From Hyphomicrobiaceae bacterium (lineage in GTDB: Bacteria; Pseudomonadota; Alphaproteobacteria; Rhizobiales; Hyphomicrobiaceae): a stretch of 64,000 bases of DNA. Position 1 is the stretch's first letter; each line of letters starts with the position of its first letter. The notes beneath the pieces are model-generated. The model was not told the origin of the DNA. It ran no database searches and saw only the letters and a program-made list of their open reading frames with translations. Shown in pieces: positions 37,840 through 49,980 of the stretch. The position numbers and the translations under genes were made by a program. The stretch lies in the NCBI GenBank assembly GCA_031403155.1, contig JANNSX010000468.1, positions 2,185-66,184 of the forward strand, read 5' to 3'.

Positions 37840-38448
37840 TCACCCGACGAGTTCGATCGCCTCGGCGATGGACTTGATCGGCACGAAATTGGCGAGGTCG
37901 GCGAGGGCGGTCTTGTGCACCTCCTCGTCGAAGGCGGCGCACCCGTCCTCGAGCACGATGGCCGAGAAATCCCGGATCTGGGCATCGCGGACGGTGGTGG
38001 CAACGCTGACGGCCGTGGTGATGCCGCCGATGAGCAGCGTCTCGATCGAAGCCTGGCGGAGCACCCATTCCAGCCGCGTCATGTAGAAGGCCGAGTAGGC
38101 GACCTTCTCGATCGAGAAGTCGACCGGCTCCAGCTCGGCAGCGAGCTTGTGGCCCCAGGTGCCGGCCTGGAAGTCGCCCTTGCCGAGGAACGGCCTCAGC
38201 CGCCTCAGATGCTCGCTGATGAAGGGCTCGCCGCCCTTGCCGGTCACCAGCGTCAAATGGGTCGAGACGATCCAGCCGTCCTTGGCGCGGATCGCATCAG
38301 CCAGCGGGCGGATGCGATCCGGCAGCGTGCTGATCGCCCGACATTGCAGGCCGGCGCGGCCATAAGCGCCCTTGGGGTGCACGACGTCGTTCTGCACGTC
38401 GATGATCAACAGCGCTGTGCGCTTCAGATCGAGACCACGCTTGGGCAT
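37840..38448 (-). CDS. isochorismatase-family hydrolase-like protein, nucleophile position is Ser
   Basis: TALLIIDVQNDV (Asp), IEKVAYSAFY (Lys), and LLIGGITTAVSVATTVRDA where family members normally carry Cys (T..CV). Confidence 0.8.
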   Translation of the reverse strand: MPKRGLDLKRTALLIIDVQNDVVHPKGAYGRAGLQCRAISTLPDRIRPLADAIRAKDGWIVSTHLTLVTGKGGEPFISEHLRRLRPFLGKGDFQAGTWGHKLAAELEPVDFSIEKVAYSAFYMTRLEWVLRQASIETLLIGGITTAVSVATTVRDAQIRDFSAIVLEDGCAAFDEEVHKTALADLANFVPIKSIAEAIELVG

Positions 38449-38676
38449 GGATGCTCCGTTCTTGGCTGTTCGTCCGCAGCTGGCCGAGGCGACTCTGCCA
38501 CCGTTTCCGCCGCACGCACAGATAGCAGCGCGTCAGGGGTGGACAGGCTGCCATGCGATGGGTGGGCAACGGATCGTTCACTGAAATGCCAAGTCTTCCG
38601 CCAGATCTCAGGAATTTGCCATTGTCCGCTGCCCCGCGCTTACCTAAACTGCCTCGTCCAGCCGCCGGAGTGTTCC

Positions 38677-41049
38677 ATGCAAGACCTGCCATTCGATCCG
38701 CGCCGCCAGGGACCGCCCACTGCGAGCCGCATCTTGCGGCCGGGCATTCCGCTGCTGGGGGCAGGCGTCGAGCGGTACACGGTTGAGGGCGGCGGGCTCA
38801 TGGTCGTTGCGATCGAGCCCGGCGACCGGGTGACGATCACCGACCTCGAGGGCGGGCAACCTGTCGAGCTAGTCACTGCCGATCCCAAGGGGCGGATCGA
38901 TCTGTCCATCCTCGGCGTCAAGGCGAACGCCGCCGCCAAGGGCATTCGCGAGGCGCTGTCAGCGGATGAGGAAAGCGCCCGGATCGTACGGCGCGGCCTC
39001 GAGCGGCGGAAGATCGATCTGGCTAGCGCACGGGCATTGCGGCTTTTCTCCGCCGGTAGCTCCGCAGGCAATCGTGCCGAGTTCACGGCTGCCCGCGAAG
39101 GCGTGCTGATTCTCGCCGCGCCCGGCAAGCCGATGCTGCCCTTTGAGCAGCACACGGTGACATCGATTGAACTCCGCATCATGCGAGCCAAGCCGAAACG
39201 CAAGTCAGGCTCCCGCTTCAACCTGCCCGAGCCGCTCGCCGATCCGCTGCAGGATCTGCGGATCAAGGCGGCGACCGCAACGGGCTACTTCGTCAAGGCC
39301 GGCGAGTACATCCAGATCATCGATGTCGACGGACGCCAGTGCACCGATTTCCAATGCTTTGATGCGCGCAAAGTCGACAAGGGCAAGGATCGGCCGCTCG
39401 ATGTGACATCGACCCGGACGATGATCGGGCTCGCCTATCCGGCACCCGGCCTGCCCTCGAAAGCCTTCGACCAGGATTTCGATCCGCTCGTCGAGGTCGT
39501 ACGCGACACCTGCGGGCGGCACGATGCCTTCGGGCTTGCCTGCACCTCGCGCTACTACGACGACATGGGCTATCCCGGCCACCCCAACTGCACGGACAAC
39601 TTCAACAAGGCGCTAACGCCCTACGGCGTCAAGGCGCGGGCCGGCTGGATGGCGATCAACTTCTACTTCAACACCGGCATCGACGCCAACAACGTCATCT
39701 ATCTCGACGAGCCCTGGTCGCGGCCCGGCGACTACGTTCTACTCAAGGCGCTGACCGATCTCGTCTGTGTGTCCTCGTCCTGCCCCGACGACATCGATGC
39801 GGCCAATGCCTGGGATCCGACCGACATCCACGTCCGCACCTATGGCGCCAAGAAAATTTTCTCACGAGCGGTGGCCCACCGAATGAAACCCGACAGCGAA
39901 GCCAAACTTACCAAAGAGACGCCGTTCCATCCCAGGACCTCGAAGCTCACGCGCAAGCTCGTCGAGTATCGCGGCTACTGGCTGCCGTCCGAGTATAGAA
40001 ACGGCGGCGCCATCGAGGAGTACTGGGCGGCGCGGAAAGCTGCCATCGTCACCGACCTGACGCCACTCCGGAAGTTCGAGGTGACGGGCCCCGATGCGGA
40101 AGCGCTGCTGCAATATGCGGTGACGCGAGACATTTCCAAGCTCGCCGTCGGCCAGGTGGTCTACACCGCCATGTGCTACGAGCACGGCGGCATGATCGAC
40201 GACGGCACGGTGTTCCGGCTCGGCCACCACAACTTCCGCTGGATCGGGGGCGATGAGTTTGGCGGCGAGCATTTGCGCAAGCTCGCCGAGAAGCTCGGAC
40301 TGAAAGTCTGGGTGCGCAACTCCACCGATCAGCTCTGCAACCTGCAGGTCCAGGGTCCCAAATCGCGCGACATCCTCAAGGAGATCGTCTGGACGGCGCC
40401 GGCGCAAACGGCGGTCGATGAACTCGGCTGGTTCCGCTTCTGCGTCGGCCGCATTGGGAATTTCAAGGGCATTCCGCTGGTCGTCTCGCGCACCGGCTAC
40501 ACGGGCGAGCTCGGCTTCGAGGTGTTTTGCCATCCCAAGGACGCGCCGGCCGTCTTCGATGCCATCTCGGAAGCCGGCAAGCCGCACGGCCTAAAGCCGC
40601 TGGGCTTGGCCGCACTCGACATGCTCCGCATCGAGGCAGGTCTCATCTTCGCCAACTACGAATTCTCAGACGAGACCGATCCCTTCGAGGCAGGCATCGG
40701 CTTCACCGTGCCGAAATCGAAAGAGGCGGACTTTGTCGGTAAGGCGTCGCTCGAGCGGCGCCGCGAGCATCCGATGCGCCGCCTCGTCGGCCTCGAGGTC
40801 GAGGGGCGCGATCCGGTCGGTCATGGCGACGGCATCCACATCGGCCGCGCGCAGGTGGGTGTGGTCACAAGCGGCACCTGGTCGCCGGCACTGGAAAAGC
40901 AGATCGCGCTGGCGCGCGTCGATCTGACCGCCGCCGAACTCGGCACAAAGGTCGAGGTTGGCAAGCTGGATGGCCACCAGAAGCGGCTACCGGCGAAGGT
41001 CGTCCGCTTCCCGCATTATGATCCGGGTAAGACGCGAGTCAGGAGTTGA
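38677..41049 (+). CDS. DUF1989 domain fused to an aminomethyltransferase (GcvT-like) domain, 790 aa
   Basis: The middle part (ATGYFVKAGEYIQIIDVDGRQCTDFQCFD...DAFGLACTSRYY) is DUF1989-like. The C-terminal part (AAIVTDLTPLRKFEVTGPDAEALLQ...GGMIDDGTVFRL...SRTGYTGELGFEVF...LRIEAGL) is GcvT-like. I chose the ATG at 38677; the ORF-track 5' extension is antisense to the neighbouring gene. Confidence 0.8.
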   Translation: MQDLPFDPRRQGPPTASRILRPGIPLLGAGVERYTVEGGGLMVVAIEPGDRVTITDLEGGQPVELVTADPKGRIDLSILGVKANAAAKGIREALSADEESARIVRRGLERRKIDLASARALRLFSAGSSAGNRAEFTAAREGVLILAAPGKPMLPFEQHTVTSIELRIMRAKPKRKSGSRFNLPEPLADPLQDLRIKAATATGYFVKAGEYIQIIDVDGRQCTDFQCFDARKVDKGKDRPLDVTSTRTMIGLAYPAPGLPSKAFDQDFDPLVEVVRDTCGRHDAFGLACTSRYYDDMGYPGHPNCTDNFNKALTPYGVKARAGWMAINFYFNTGIDANNVIYLDEPWSRPGDYVLLKALTDLVCVSSSCPDDIDAANAWDPTDIHVRTYGAKKIFSRAVAHRMKPDSEAKLTKETPFHPRTSKLTRKLVEYRGYWLPSEYRNGGAIEEYWAARKAAIVTDLTPLRKFEVTGPDAEALLQYAVTRDISKLAVGQVVYTAMCYEHGGMIDDGTVFRLGHHNFRWIGGDEFGGEHLRKLAEKLGLKVWVRNSTDQLCNLQVQGPKSRDILKEIVWTAPAQTAVDELGWFRFCVGRIGNFKGIPLVVSRTGYTGELGFEVFCHPKDAPAVFDAISEAGKPHGLKPLGLAALDMLRIEAGLIFANYEFSDETDPFEAGIGFTVPKSKEADFVGKASLERRREHPMRRLVGLEVEGRDPVGHGDGIHIGRAQVGVVTSGTWSPALEKQIALARVDLTAAELGTKVEVGKLDGHQKRLPAKVVRFPHYDPGKTRVRS

Positions 41050-41052
41050 GCA

Positions 41053-41976
41053 TCACGTGCTCGGAGGTTCCGACTTGCCACGCCCTTTGAGCATCTTCCA
41101 GAGCCCACCGAGCAGAGCTGCCCCTGCGATCACGGCTATGGCGCCGAACTTCTTCAAGAAGACCAGTGCAAGCGCGAACAGGCCCGCCTTCTGCGCCACG
41201 GCACCGCCGATCAGAGCAGCGATACCGTAGCCTGCCACCTTGTCGATCGAGGAGTCGAAATCCTCGTAACGCGTGCCAGCATCGAAGCTCGTCATGGCGA
41301 GCACATCGGGCATGGCGGCTTTCACCGCCGTCAGCTGGTTCATATCAGTGATGAACGACAGCTCCAGCACGCCGAGGCGCCCGAGCACGCGCACGTCGTA
41401 GTTCACCGTGTTGACGTCGGCAGTGCCGAATTTGAGCTCCTTTGCCCAGTGTAGCTTGTGCTGCGGCTGATCGTAATAGGGAGGAGACGCCCAGCCGATG
41501 AGCGTGATCGGGTCGTAGCCGGCTTTCGTGCGCTCCTCGTTGCCGGCGAACGTCGACTCTTTCATGCTCGCGAGCATTGCGTCGTAGTCGAGGCTCTTGG
41601 CGTCGTCGTCCGCGACATAGCCTTCGTCGAGATAGGTGATGGTCGCGCCCCAGGAGTCGGCGTCGAGGGGTGTCATGCTTGCCGGGAACAGCATGCCGAG
41701 CAGGCCGGTGGCCGTTTCGGGTGGATTGCCCCAGGAGTCGACCAGCACCTTCCGCGCGTCGGCGGCGTTGAGGAAGTAAAAGCCCGCCGGTACGCTGAGG
41801 GTCGCCTTCGCCTCCGGGAGCTTGATCTCGCCTTGCAGATAGTCGAGCGCAGTGACGAAAGCCTGCGCCTGGGCGTCATCGTAATTGGTGGTGGGGAAGA
41901 GTTCGGAAAATGTCTTGGCGCTAGCCGGCGTGGCGGTTGTTAGCACTACGGCGAGTACAAAGGGAAGGATGCGCAT
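41053..41976 (-). CDS. DUF2167 membrane-anchored protein
   Basis: Signal peptide (MRILPFVLAVVLTTATPASA), WASPPYYDQPQHKLHWAKEL, and C-terminal TM segments. I chose the ATG at 41976. Confidence 0.7.
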   Translation of the reverse strand: MRILPFVLAVVLTTATPASAKTFSELFPTTNYDDAQAQAFVTALDYLQGEIKLPEAKATLSVPAGFYFLNAADARKVLVDSWGNPPETATGLLGMLFPASMTPLDADSWGATITYLDEGYVADDDAKSLDYDAMLASMKESTFAGNEERTKAGYDPITLIGWASPPYYDQPQHKLHWAKELKFGTADVNTVNYDVRVLGRLGVLELSFITDMNQLTAVKAAMPDVLAMTSFDAGTRYEDFDSSIDKVAGYGIAALIGGAVAQKAGLFALALVFLKKFGAIAVIAGAALLGGLWKMLKGRGKSEPPST

Positions 41977-42059
41977 GCGGGCCTCCCTGGCGGTGTTTCG
42001 AGTCGCCAGTAGATTCTCGCGGACAAACTCTGGCAAGCGGATTCGCTCACCTTACGTCG

Positions 42060-42409
42060 TCACGCCGGCCAACTGCCTGCGATTTGCAACAGGAATCCCA
42101 GCGCAATCAGCACCATGGCGAGCATGAACCAGCCGCGCCGCATGCCGCGCACGGCCTCGCCGCGCTGGACCTGCTGAAAAGTTTCTCGCTGATCGCGCAT
42201 GTGGTCGAACACGGCCTGATGCGGACCACCGGGACGCGGCATCATGGGGCTGGGCTTCAGCATCGCCTGCCGGCGGAGCCTCTCGGCTTCCTGCCGCTCG
42301 GCCGAGAGCGCCGTATGCCATTCGAAGCCGGGCAGAACGACACCGAGGAAATCGAAGGTTAGTCCGGCGATGTTGAGATAGGGACCGGCGGCCCAGAGGA
42401 TATCCGTGA

Positions 42410-42413
<4 letters not shown>
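42060..42413 (-). CDS. hypothetical 117-aa two-TM protein coupled to the mutase large subunit gene
   Basis: ATGA overlap with the mcmA stop. It has hydrophobic N- and C-terminal segments. No family recognised. Confidence 0.55.
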
Positions 42414-44559
<2,146 letters not shown>

Positions 44560-44563
<4 letters not shown>

Positions 44564-45015
44564 GCCTTGTCCTGATAGCTCACGAGATCGCGGAGGAACT
44601 CGGGGCCCGCGTTCTCTTCCGTTGTCTTACCCGGCAACGTTTTCAACTCGAGCGCCCAGGCGAGATGACTCTCCATGCCGATCTGGCGCACGGGCTTCAC
44701 CTTCGAAGGATCATCAAGCGTCGCAATGGTGATGTCGACGGTTGCACTTCCAGGTGTGCGGAAGGCGAGCTGCGTGCCGCAATCGGCGCAGAAGTCGCGA
44801 TGGCCCTTCGTCGAGCTGGCATAGGTTTTGGGCCGGCCCTTCGTCCAGGCAAAATCGTCACTCGCGACCGGCGCCGAGGCGAGGAACGGTCCGGCCATGG
44901 CGCGCTGGCACATGCGGCAATGGCAGACGGAGGGTGACTTCGGCTCCACATAAACGGCATAACGCACGGCGCCGCATTGGCAGCCGCCGGTCATCAGGGG
45001 TTTGCGATCGGTCAT
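44560..45015 (-). CDS. GFA-family (CENP-V/glutathione-dependent formaldehyde-activating-like) zinc protein, paralog 1
   Basis: [32 protein letters not shown] overlap with the mcmA start. Confidence 0.85.
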
Positions 45016-45019
45016 GGTC

Positions 45020-45517
45020 TCACTCCCCGAGCGGACGCGGTGTCCATCCGTCGACCTCGCGGTCGGGATGCTGATAGTTGGTCAGTGTGTTGTAAATCGT
45101 GCCGGGCACGTCGGCGCCGAAATCCTGACGCTGCATCCGGGGCAAGCCGTCGAGCCAGTGGGTTTTGCTCTCGAGCCCCATTTGTACGGTTGGCACGATC
45201 GACTGGAAATCATCGAACGAGCCGCCCGTCAGATACTGGTCCTTCGTCTCCTCGCCCGCCTGATAGCGATAGCCGACCGGCGTGCCACATGTTCCGCAGA
45301 ACTGGCGAAATCCGAGCGACGAGCTCGCCCACTCTGCCGGCTGCCCACTTGTCCAGCGGAAGCCGGCGAGCGGCAGCTTCGTGAAGACCGCGAATGGTCC
45401 GCCGACCGATTTCTGGCACATCCGGCAATGGCAGACATAGACGGCATCGAGCGGCAGCGTTGTCTCGAAGCGCAGCGCCCCGCACTGGCAGCCGCCGGTC
45501 TTATGGTCGGTTGTCAT
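45020..45517 (-). CDS. GFA-family zinc protein, paralog 2
   Basis: GGCQCGALRF, CHCRMCQKS, FCGTCGTPV, C-terminal NYQHPD. I chose the ATG at 45517, which overlaps the paralog 3 stop (ATGA). Confidence 0.85.
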   Translation of the reverse strand: MTTDHKTGGCQCGALRFETTLPLDAVYVCHCRMCQKSVGGPFAVFTKLPLAGFRWTSGQPAEWASSSLGFRQFCGTCGTPVGYRYQAGEETKDQYLTGGSFDDFQSIVPTVQMGLESKTHWLDGLPRMQRQDFGADVPGTIYNTLTNYQHPDREVDGWTPRPLGE

Positions 45518-46020
45518 GGGGCAACTCCTCCTGGTGGCCGCCAACCTTCCGGAGTCTCGCAATCGGGATGCTGCAGGGTGACGAGCCGCGCCACCACCTC
45601 GGGCTTCAGGCCCGCGTCGTGCTGGCCCGGCACCGCGTTGAGATGTTCGACCCAGGGCATGCGCGCATCGAGATCGTATTGCAGCGTCGGCGGGCGCTTT
45701 TGGGGCTCGTCGAGCGTGCCCATCGTCACATTGATGCGCCCGGAGCCGTCGCCTCGAAACGAGAGCGGCGTGCCGCAGTCGCCGCAGAAGTCGCGGACCG
45801 CGACGGTCGAGGAGCGATAGACCTTGGGCGTGCCACGCGTCCAGGCGAAGTCGGCGAGGGCGACGGGGGCCACCGTCAGGAACGGTCCGCCGACGGCCTT
45901 CTGGCACATGCGGCAGTGGCAGACGTAGCCTTCGCTCGGCATGGCGTAGATGGCATAGCGGATGGCGCCGCACTGGCAGCCTCCGGTCAAGACGGCTTGG
46001 CGTATCTCTGGGATCATCAT
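45514..46020 (-). CDS. GFA-family zinc protein, paralog 3
   Basis: GGCQCGAIRY, CHCRMCQKA, FCGDCGTPL, C-terminal TLQHPD. The ATG at 46020 overlaps the mcmB stop (ATGA). Confidence 0.85.
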   Translation of the reverse strand: MMIPEIRQAVLTGGCQCGAIRYAIYAMPSEGYVCHCRMCQKAVGGPFLTVAPVALADFAWTRGTPKVYRSSTVAVRDFCGDCGTPLSFRGDGSGRINVTMGTLDEPQKRPPTLQYDLDARMPWVEHLNAVPGQHDAGLKPEVVARLVTLQHPDCETPEGWRPPGGVAP

Positions 46021-47492
46021 GTGCTCGCGGGGAGTGAGGCGTCGTGCGGCCTCGGCGGGAAGGGGGTGATGCGGGTCTCGGCGCGCTGGATCGGCGCGGG
46101 CTCTGGATGCGGTGTCACGCTGATGGCTGGCACATCCTTTTCCGGAAACACCGTGACGCCGACAAGTGGCAGCTTGCCGTCGCGGAGGAGGGTGGTGCGG
46201 CGCTCGGCGGTCGACGCGATCCGCTGGGCCAACGCGCCCGACATCAGCGCCGTGGTCATGCCGCCGCTGGCCTCGATCTCCTGGAACAGCGCCCAGGCCT
46301 TGCGCGCCAGCGCATCCGTCAGCGTTTCGAGATAAGCGCTGCCTCCGCCCGGATCGGCGACGCGGCCCAGATGCGATTCCTCGGCGAGGATGTTGAGCGT
46401 ATTGCGGGCGAGCCGCCGCGCTTCCGCGTCCGGTTGCCCGAGCGCCCAGGTGTAGGGCAGCACCGCGATGGTGTCCGCGCCACCGAGAACGGCGGCGGTT
46501 GCCGCGATGGTTGTGCGGAGCAAGTTGGTGTTGGGCGTGCGCTTCGTCATCATCCGCGCCGAGGTGGACGCGGTCATCCGCAAGCTCGCCGTGCGATCGC
46601 CGAGGCCTGCCGCCGCCATCACGCGCCAGACGAGGCCGCGCGCGGCGCGGAGTTTCGCCATCGACAGGAAGAGGTCCGTGCCGGTCGCAAGCGCGATGCC
46701 AGTCCGCTGCAAGGCGACGTCGGCACGGACGCCTGCCTCTTCCAGATGCTTCAGATAGGCGACGAGCGTGGCGAGCATCGCGGCCAACTCCTCCGCCTCG
46801 CTGGCGCCGGCCTCGTGATAGGGCCGGCCGTCCGCGAGAAGCAGCGACACGTTCGGCATGCGATCGATGTTGCTCGCCGCGAAGTGAGCGAGCGTGTCGA
46901 GGGCACGCCACAGGCCGTCCTCGAGCGCACCTGTGCTTGCAAGCGTTCCCAGCGGATCGGCGTTGACGGCGCCGAAACGGCGAAGATCGGCAACGCCCGC
47001 CTCATCCCACAATGCGGAGAGACTCTGCGCGGCGCCCAGGAACTGATCGCCCGCCATCACCTCGATCTGAGTGCCCGCGAGGTCGGCACTATCCAATGCC
47101 GCCCGTATTGCCTCGTAGCGCGGCGCCAGACCGAACTGGCCCGGCACGCCCAAATGCAGCACGACGCCGTCCGCCCCATTGGCAAGGTCATCGCGAATGG
47201 CGACATTCGCCGCTTTCGGATCATCGCTCGCGTGGAGCCCGAGGCACCGCCACGGTCTTCCGCGCTCCTCGATCCGCACTGCGCCGCGTACGTAGGGCGC
47301 CTCATCCGGCACGAGGTCGATGAGCGCGGGGGCGAGGCCTGCCACCGTGTAGATTGGCTCGATCCGGATTCCATCGAGCGTTTCGGTCGACAGACTGTCG
47401 AGCCCAGCCCCATCGAGGCCCTTGGCAGCAAGCCTCTCCCAGGCCTCCCGCGAGGCGGGCGGAAAGTTCGACGCGAGAGAGAGCTTGGGCAT
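46017..47492 (-). CDS. mcmB: methylmalonyl-CoA mutase small (beta) subunit
   Basis: The first gene of the operon has a mutase-like barrel without the DxHxxG cobalamin motif (LFLSMAKLRAARGLW...NLLRTTIAATAAVLGGADTI). At 491 aa it looks short for a MutA-type subunit. Confidence 0.8.
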   Translation of the reverse strand: MPKLSLASNFPPASREAWERLAAKGLDGAGLDSLSTETLDGIRIEPIYTVAGLAPALIDLVPDEAPYVRGAVRIEERGRPWRCLGLHASDDPKAANVAIRDDLANGADGVVLHLGVPGQFGLAPRYEAIRAALDSADLAGTQIEVMAGDQFLGAAQSLSALWDEAGVADLRRFGAVNADPLGTLASTGALEDGLWRALDTLAHFAASNIDRMPNVSLLLADGRPYHEAGASEAEELAAMLATLVAYLKHLEEAGVRADVALQRTGIALATGTDLFLSMAKLRAARGLVWRVMAAAGLGDRTASLRMTASTSARMMTKRTPNTNLLRTTIAATAAVLGGADTIAVLPYTWALGQPDAEARRLARNTLNILAEESHLGRVADPGGGSAYLETLTDALARKAWALFQEIEASGGMTTALMSGALAQRIASTAERRTTLLRDGKLPLVGVTVFPEKDVPAISVTPHPEPAPIQRAETRITPFPPRPHDASLPAST

Positions 47493-47669
47493 GCAACTTT
47501 CCCATGGATCAGTTCCGCCTAACTAGTACCGGATCGCTTAGAAATACAATCGCCGGAGCCGCCGGACCGCGCTGCGTTTGTTTGCATTCGCGTGCCCGCC
47601 ATGGCAAGTCTCACGGGTTTCCGCGAGGACACAGAATCAGTCTCTCGCCCGACCCCGGAAGGGACCGCC

Positions 47670-49244
47670 ATGCTCGACGATACGACGATTTACCTCGGCA
47701 CCAGCTTCATCAAGGACACGCCCAAGCGTGAGGCGCTGGACCTCAAGCTCGCCAACCGGCACGGCCTTATCACCGGGGCGACCGGCACGGGTAAGACGGT
47801 GTCGCTGCAGGTGCTCGCCGAAGGTTTCTCCGATCACGGCGTGCCAGTCTTCTGCGCCGACGTGAAGGGCGATCTTTCGGGCATCTCGCAGGCTGGCGTG
47901 GCGAAGGACTTCATCGACGCCCGCGCCAAGAAGATCGGCTTCGACGACTACAAGTTCCAGGCCTACCCGACGATGTTCTGGGACGTCTTCGGCGAGCAGG
48001 GCCATCCGATCCGCGCCACCATCTCCGAGATGGGGCCGCTGCTGCTCTCCCGCCTCATGGAGTTGAACGAGGTGCAGGAGGGCGTGCTCAGCATCGTCTT
48101 CCGCATCGCCGACGAGGAGGGGCTGCTGCTCCTCGACCTGAAGGATCTCCGCGCCATCATCGCCAATGTCGGCGAGCGGGCGGCCGAGCTGACGACCAAG
48201 TATGGCAATGTGTCGAAGACCTCGATCGGCACAATCCAGCGCCGGCTGCTGGTGCTCGAAGAACAGGGTGCGCTGCACTTCTTCGGCGAGCCTGCCCTCG
48301 ACATTCGCGACATGATGCGCACGACTCGCGACGGCCGCGGCTACATCAATGTGCTCGCGGCCGACAAGCTCATGAACTCGCCGCGCCTCTATGCGACATT
48401 CCTGTTCTGGCTCCTCTCGGAGCTGTTCGAGGAGCTGCCCGAGGTCGGCGATCCGGAGAAGCCTAATCTCGTCTTCTTCTTCGACGAGGCCCACCTCCTC
48501 TTCAATCAGGCACCCAAGGCGCTGCTCGACAAGATCGAGCAGGTGACGCGGCTCATCCGCTCGAAGGGCGTCGGCGTCTACTACGTCACGCAGAATCCAT
48601 TGGACGTGCCCGATACCGTCTCGAGCCAGCTCGGCAACCGCGTGCAGCACGCGTTGCGCGCCTTCACGCCGCGCGAGCAGAAGGCGGTCAAGGCGGCGGC
48701 CACGACCTTCAGGCCCAACCCGGAGATCGATACCGAGCGCACGATCATGGAGCTCGAGAAGGGCGAGGCGCTGGTCTCGGTTCTCGAAGGCAAGGGCGCG
48801 CCATCGATTGTGCAGCGCACGCTGATCCGTCCGCCGTCGGGCCGGCTCGGGCCAGTCACGCCCGAGGAGCGCAAGGCCGTCATCCAGGCAAGCCCGGTGA
48901 TGGGTCAGTATGAGAAGACCATCGACCGCGAGAGCGCGCACGAGATCTTGGAGAAGCGCGCCAAGGGCGTCGAAGCGCGGCGCGAGGAGACGGGCGGCAC
49001 GCTCGGCGGCCGGCGCGACACCGAATACGAGCGGCACGGCGAGTTCAAGGTGCCGAAGATCCCGCGCGGCGATACGGAGGGCTACGAGCGCGAGCGGGCG
49101 GAGGAGAGCCGGAGTGGGCGGCGGACCTCCGGCGGCACGTCGCGGCGGCAGTCGGCCGGCGAAGCGTTCAGCAAATCGCTGCTGCGCTCGCTCGGCACGG
49201 CGGTTGGCTCGGCGATCGGCAGCATTCTGCGCGGCCGGCGGTAG
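47670..49244 (+). CDS. DUF853 (YjgR/HerA-like) P-loop NTPase
   Basis: [45 protein letters not shown]...[11 protein letters not shown]...[11 protein letters not shown] chose the ATG at 47670. Confidence 0.85.
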   Translation: MLDDTTIYLGTSFIKDTPKREALDLKLANRHGLITGATGTGKTVSLQVLAEGFSDHGVPVFCADVKGDLSGISQAGVAKDFIDARAKKIGFDDYKFQAYPTMFWDVFGEQGHPIRATISEMGPLLLSRLMELNEVQEGVLSIVFRIADEEGLLLLDLKDLRAIIANVGERAAELTTKYGNVSKTSIGTIQRRLLVLEEQGALHFFGEPALDIRDMMRTTRDGRGYINVLAADKLMNSPRLYATFLFWLLSELFEELPEVGDPEKPNLVFFFDEAHLLFNQAPKALLDKIEQVTRLIRSKGVGVYYVTQNPLDVPDTVSSQLGNRVQHALRAFTPREQKAVKAAATTFRPNPEIDTERTIMELEKGEALVSVLEGKGAPSIVQRTLIRPPSGRLGPVTPEERKAVIQASPVMGQYEKTIDRESAHEILEKRAKGVEARREETGGTLGGRRDTEYERHGEFKVPKIPRGDTEGYERERAEESRSGRRTSGGTSRRQSAGEAFSKSLLRSLGTAVGSAIGSILRGRR

Positions 49245-49253
49245 GAGGAGGCA

Positions 49254-49436
49254 ATGGGCTGGCTCGACGAGATCCTGCGGCGTCGCACCGAGAATCGCCG
49301 GCGCCGCACTGTCGCTCCGAAGACCGCGGGCGAAGGCTTCTGGATCAATTTCATCAAGGCCCTCGGCCGCGCACTCGGCGGCAAGTTCGGCCGGGCGATG
49401 ACGGGACCCAAGCGGAGACGGCGGCGGTATTGGTAG
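49254..49436 (+). CDS. 60-aa arginine-rich small protein, no recognised family
   Basis: A strong AGGAGGAGG lies 3-4 nt before the ATG, 9 nt after the DUF853 stop. Third-position GC is high. Confidence 0.55.
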   Translation: MGWLDEILRRRTENRRRRTVAPKTAGEGFWINFIKALGRALGGKFGRAMTGPKRRRRRYW

Positions 49437-49449
49437 TCAGCGTTTCGTA

Positions 49450-49875
49450 TCAGCCGATCATCACCACCCACGCCAACCTAACCCACATCAGGAACAGCAG
49501 CGACGTGCTCGCCAGATAGGGCAGGCCGCGATGGAGCACGTTGTTATAGGTCAGGTGAATCAAGGCCTGCGCGGCACGCAGTGCGACGTAGATCCAGGCG
49601 CCTGCGACGAACACGGCGTCGCCGAGCCCGAGCGCCAGGACGAGCCCCATCAGCACGTAGAAGAGCACCGGAATCTCGAAGAGATTCATCAGCGCGTTGT
49701 TGGCCGTCTGGGCGTCGCCGAGCTTCTCGTCGGCGAGCGTCCGGCTCGGCATGTCCTGGGGTACGATCCCCATTTCCCGCATGCGCCGGGCGCGGCCGAT
49801 CAGCATCGCGAGCCAAACCAGTCCCGTCAGCACGACGAGCGCGAATACGGGAGCAAGGAGCACGGCGTCTATCAT
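49450..49875 (-). CDS. MAPEG-like small membrane protein
   Basis: About 4 TM segments; NALMNLFEIPVLFY...YVALRAAQALIHLTYN resembles the MAPEG family. I chose the ATG at 49875. Confidence 0.5.
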   Translation of the reverse strand: MIDAVLLAPVFALVVLTGLVWLAMLIGRARRMREMGIVPQDMPSRTLADEKLGDAQTANNALMNLFEIPVLFYVLMGLVLALGLGDAVFVAGAWIYVALRAAQALIHLTYNNVLHRGLPYLASTSLLFLMWVRLAWVVMIG

Positions 49876-49980
49876 CGATGACCTCGGGCCAGGGCATCCG
49901 CGGCGCGGTTTGCGCTCGATCAAATCGCAGTCCGCGTGGGCATGCCACGAGACACTGCAAGACAGAGCAGGATGGTTTGC

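Noticed and set aside
37786-38676. 5' extension of the 1087-aa plus-strand ORF
   Set aside because: It is antisense to the isochorismatase-like gene. Recognisable protein sequence begins at the ATG at 38677.
46044-47522. 492-aa plus-strand ORF, plus similar long ORFs at 47637-49037 (-), 20498-21556 (-), 20881-21912 (-), 5525-6700 (-) and 61066-61938 (-)
   Set aside because: All are opposite confidently assigned genes (mcmB, DUF853, xseA, gguB, cupin). Their composition is arginine/glycine-rich and lacks motifs, so they are treated as high-GC antisense artefacts.
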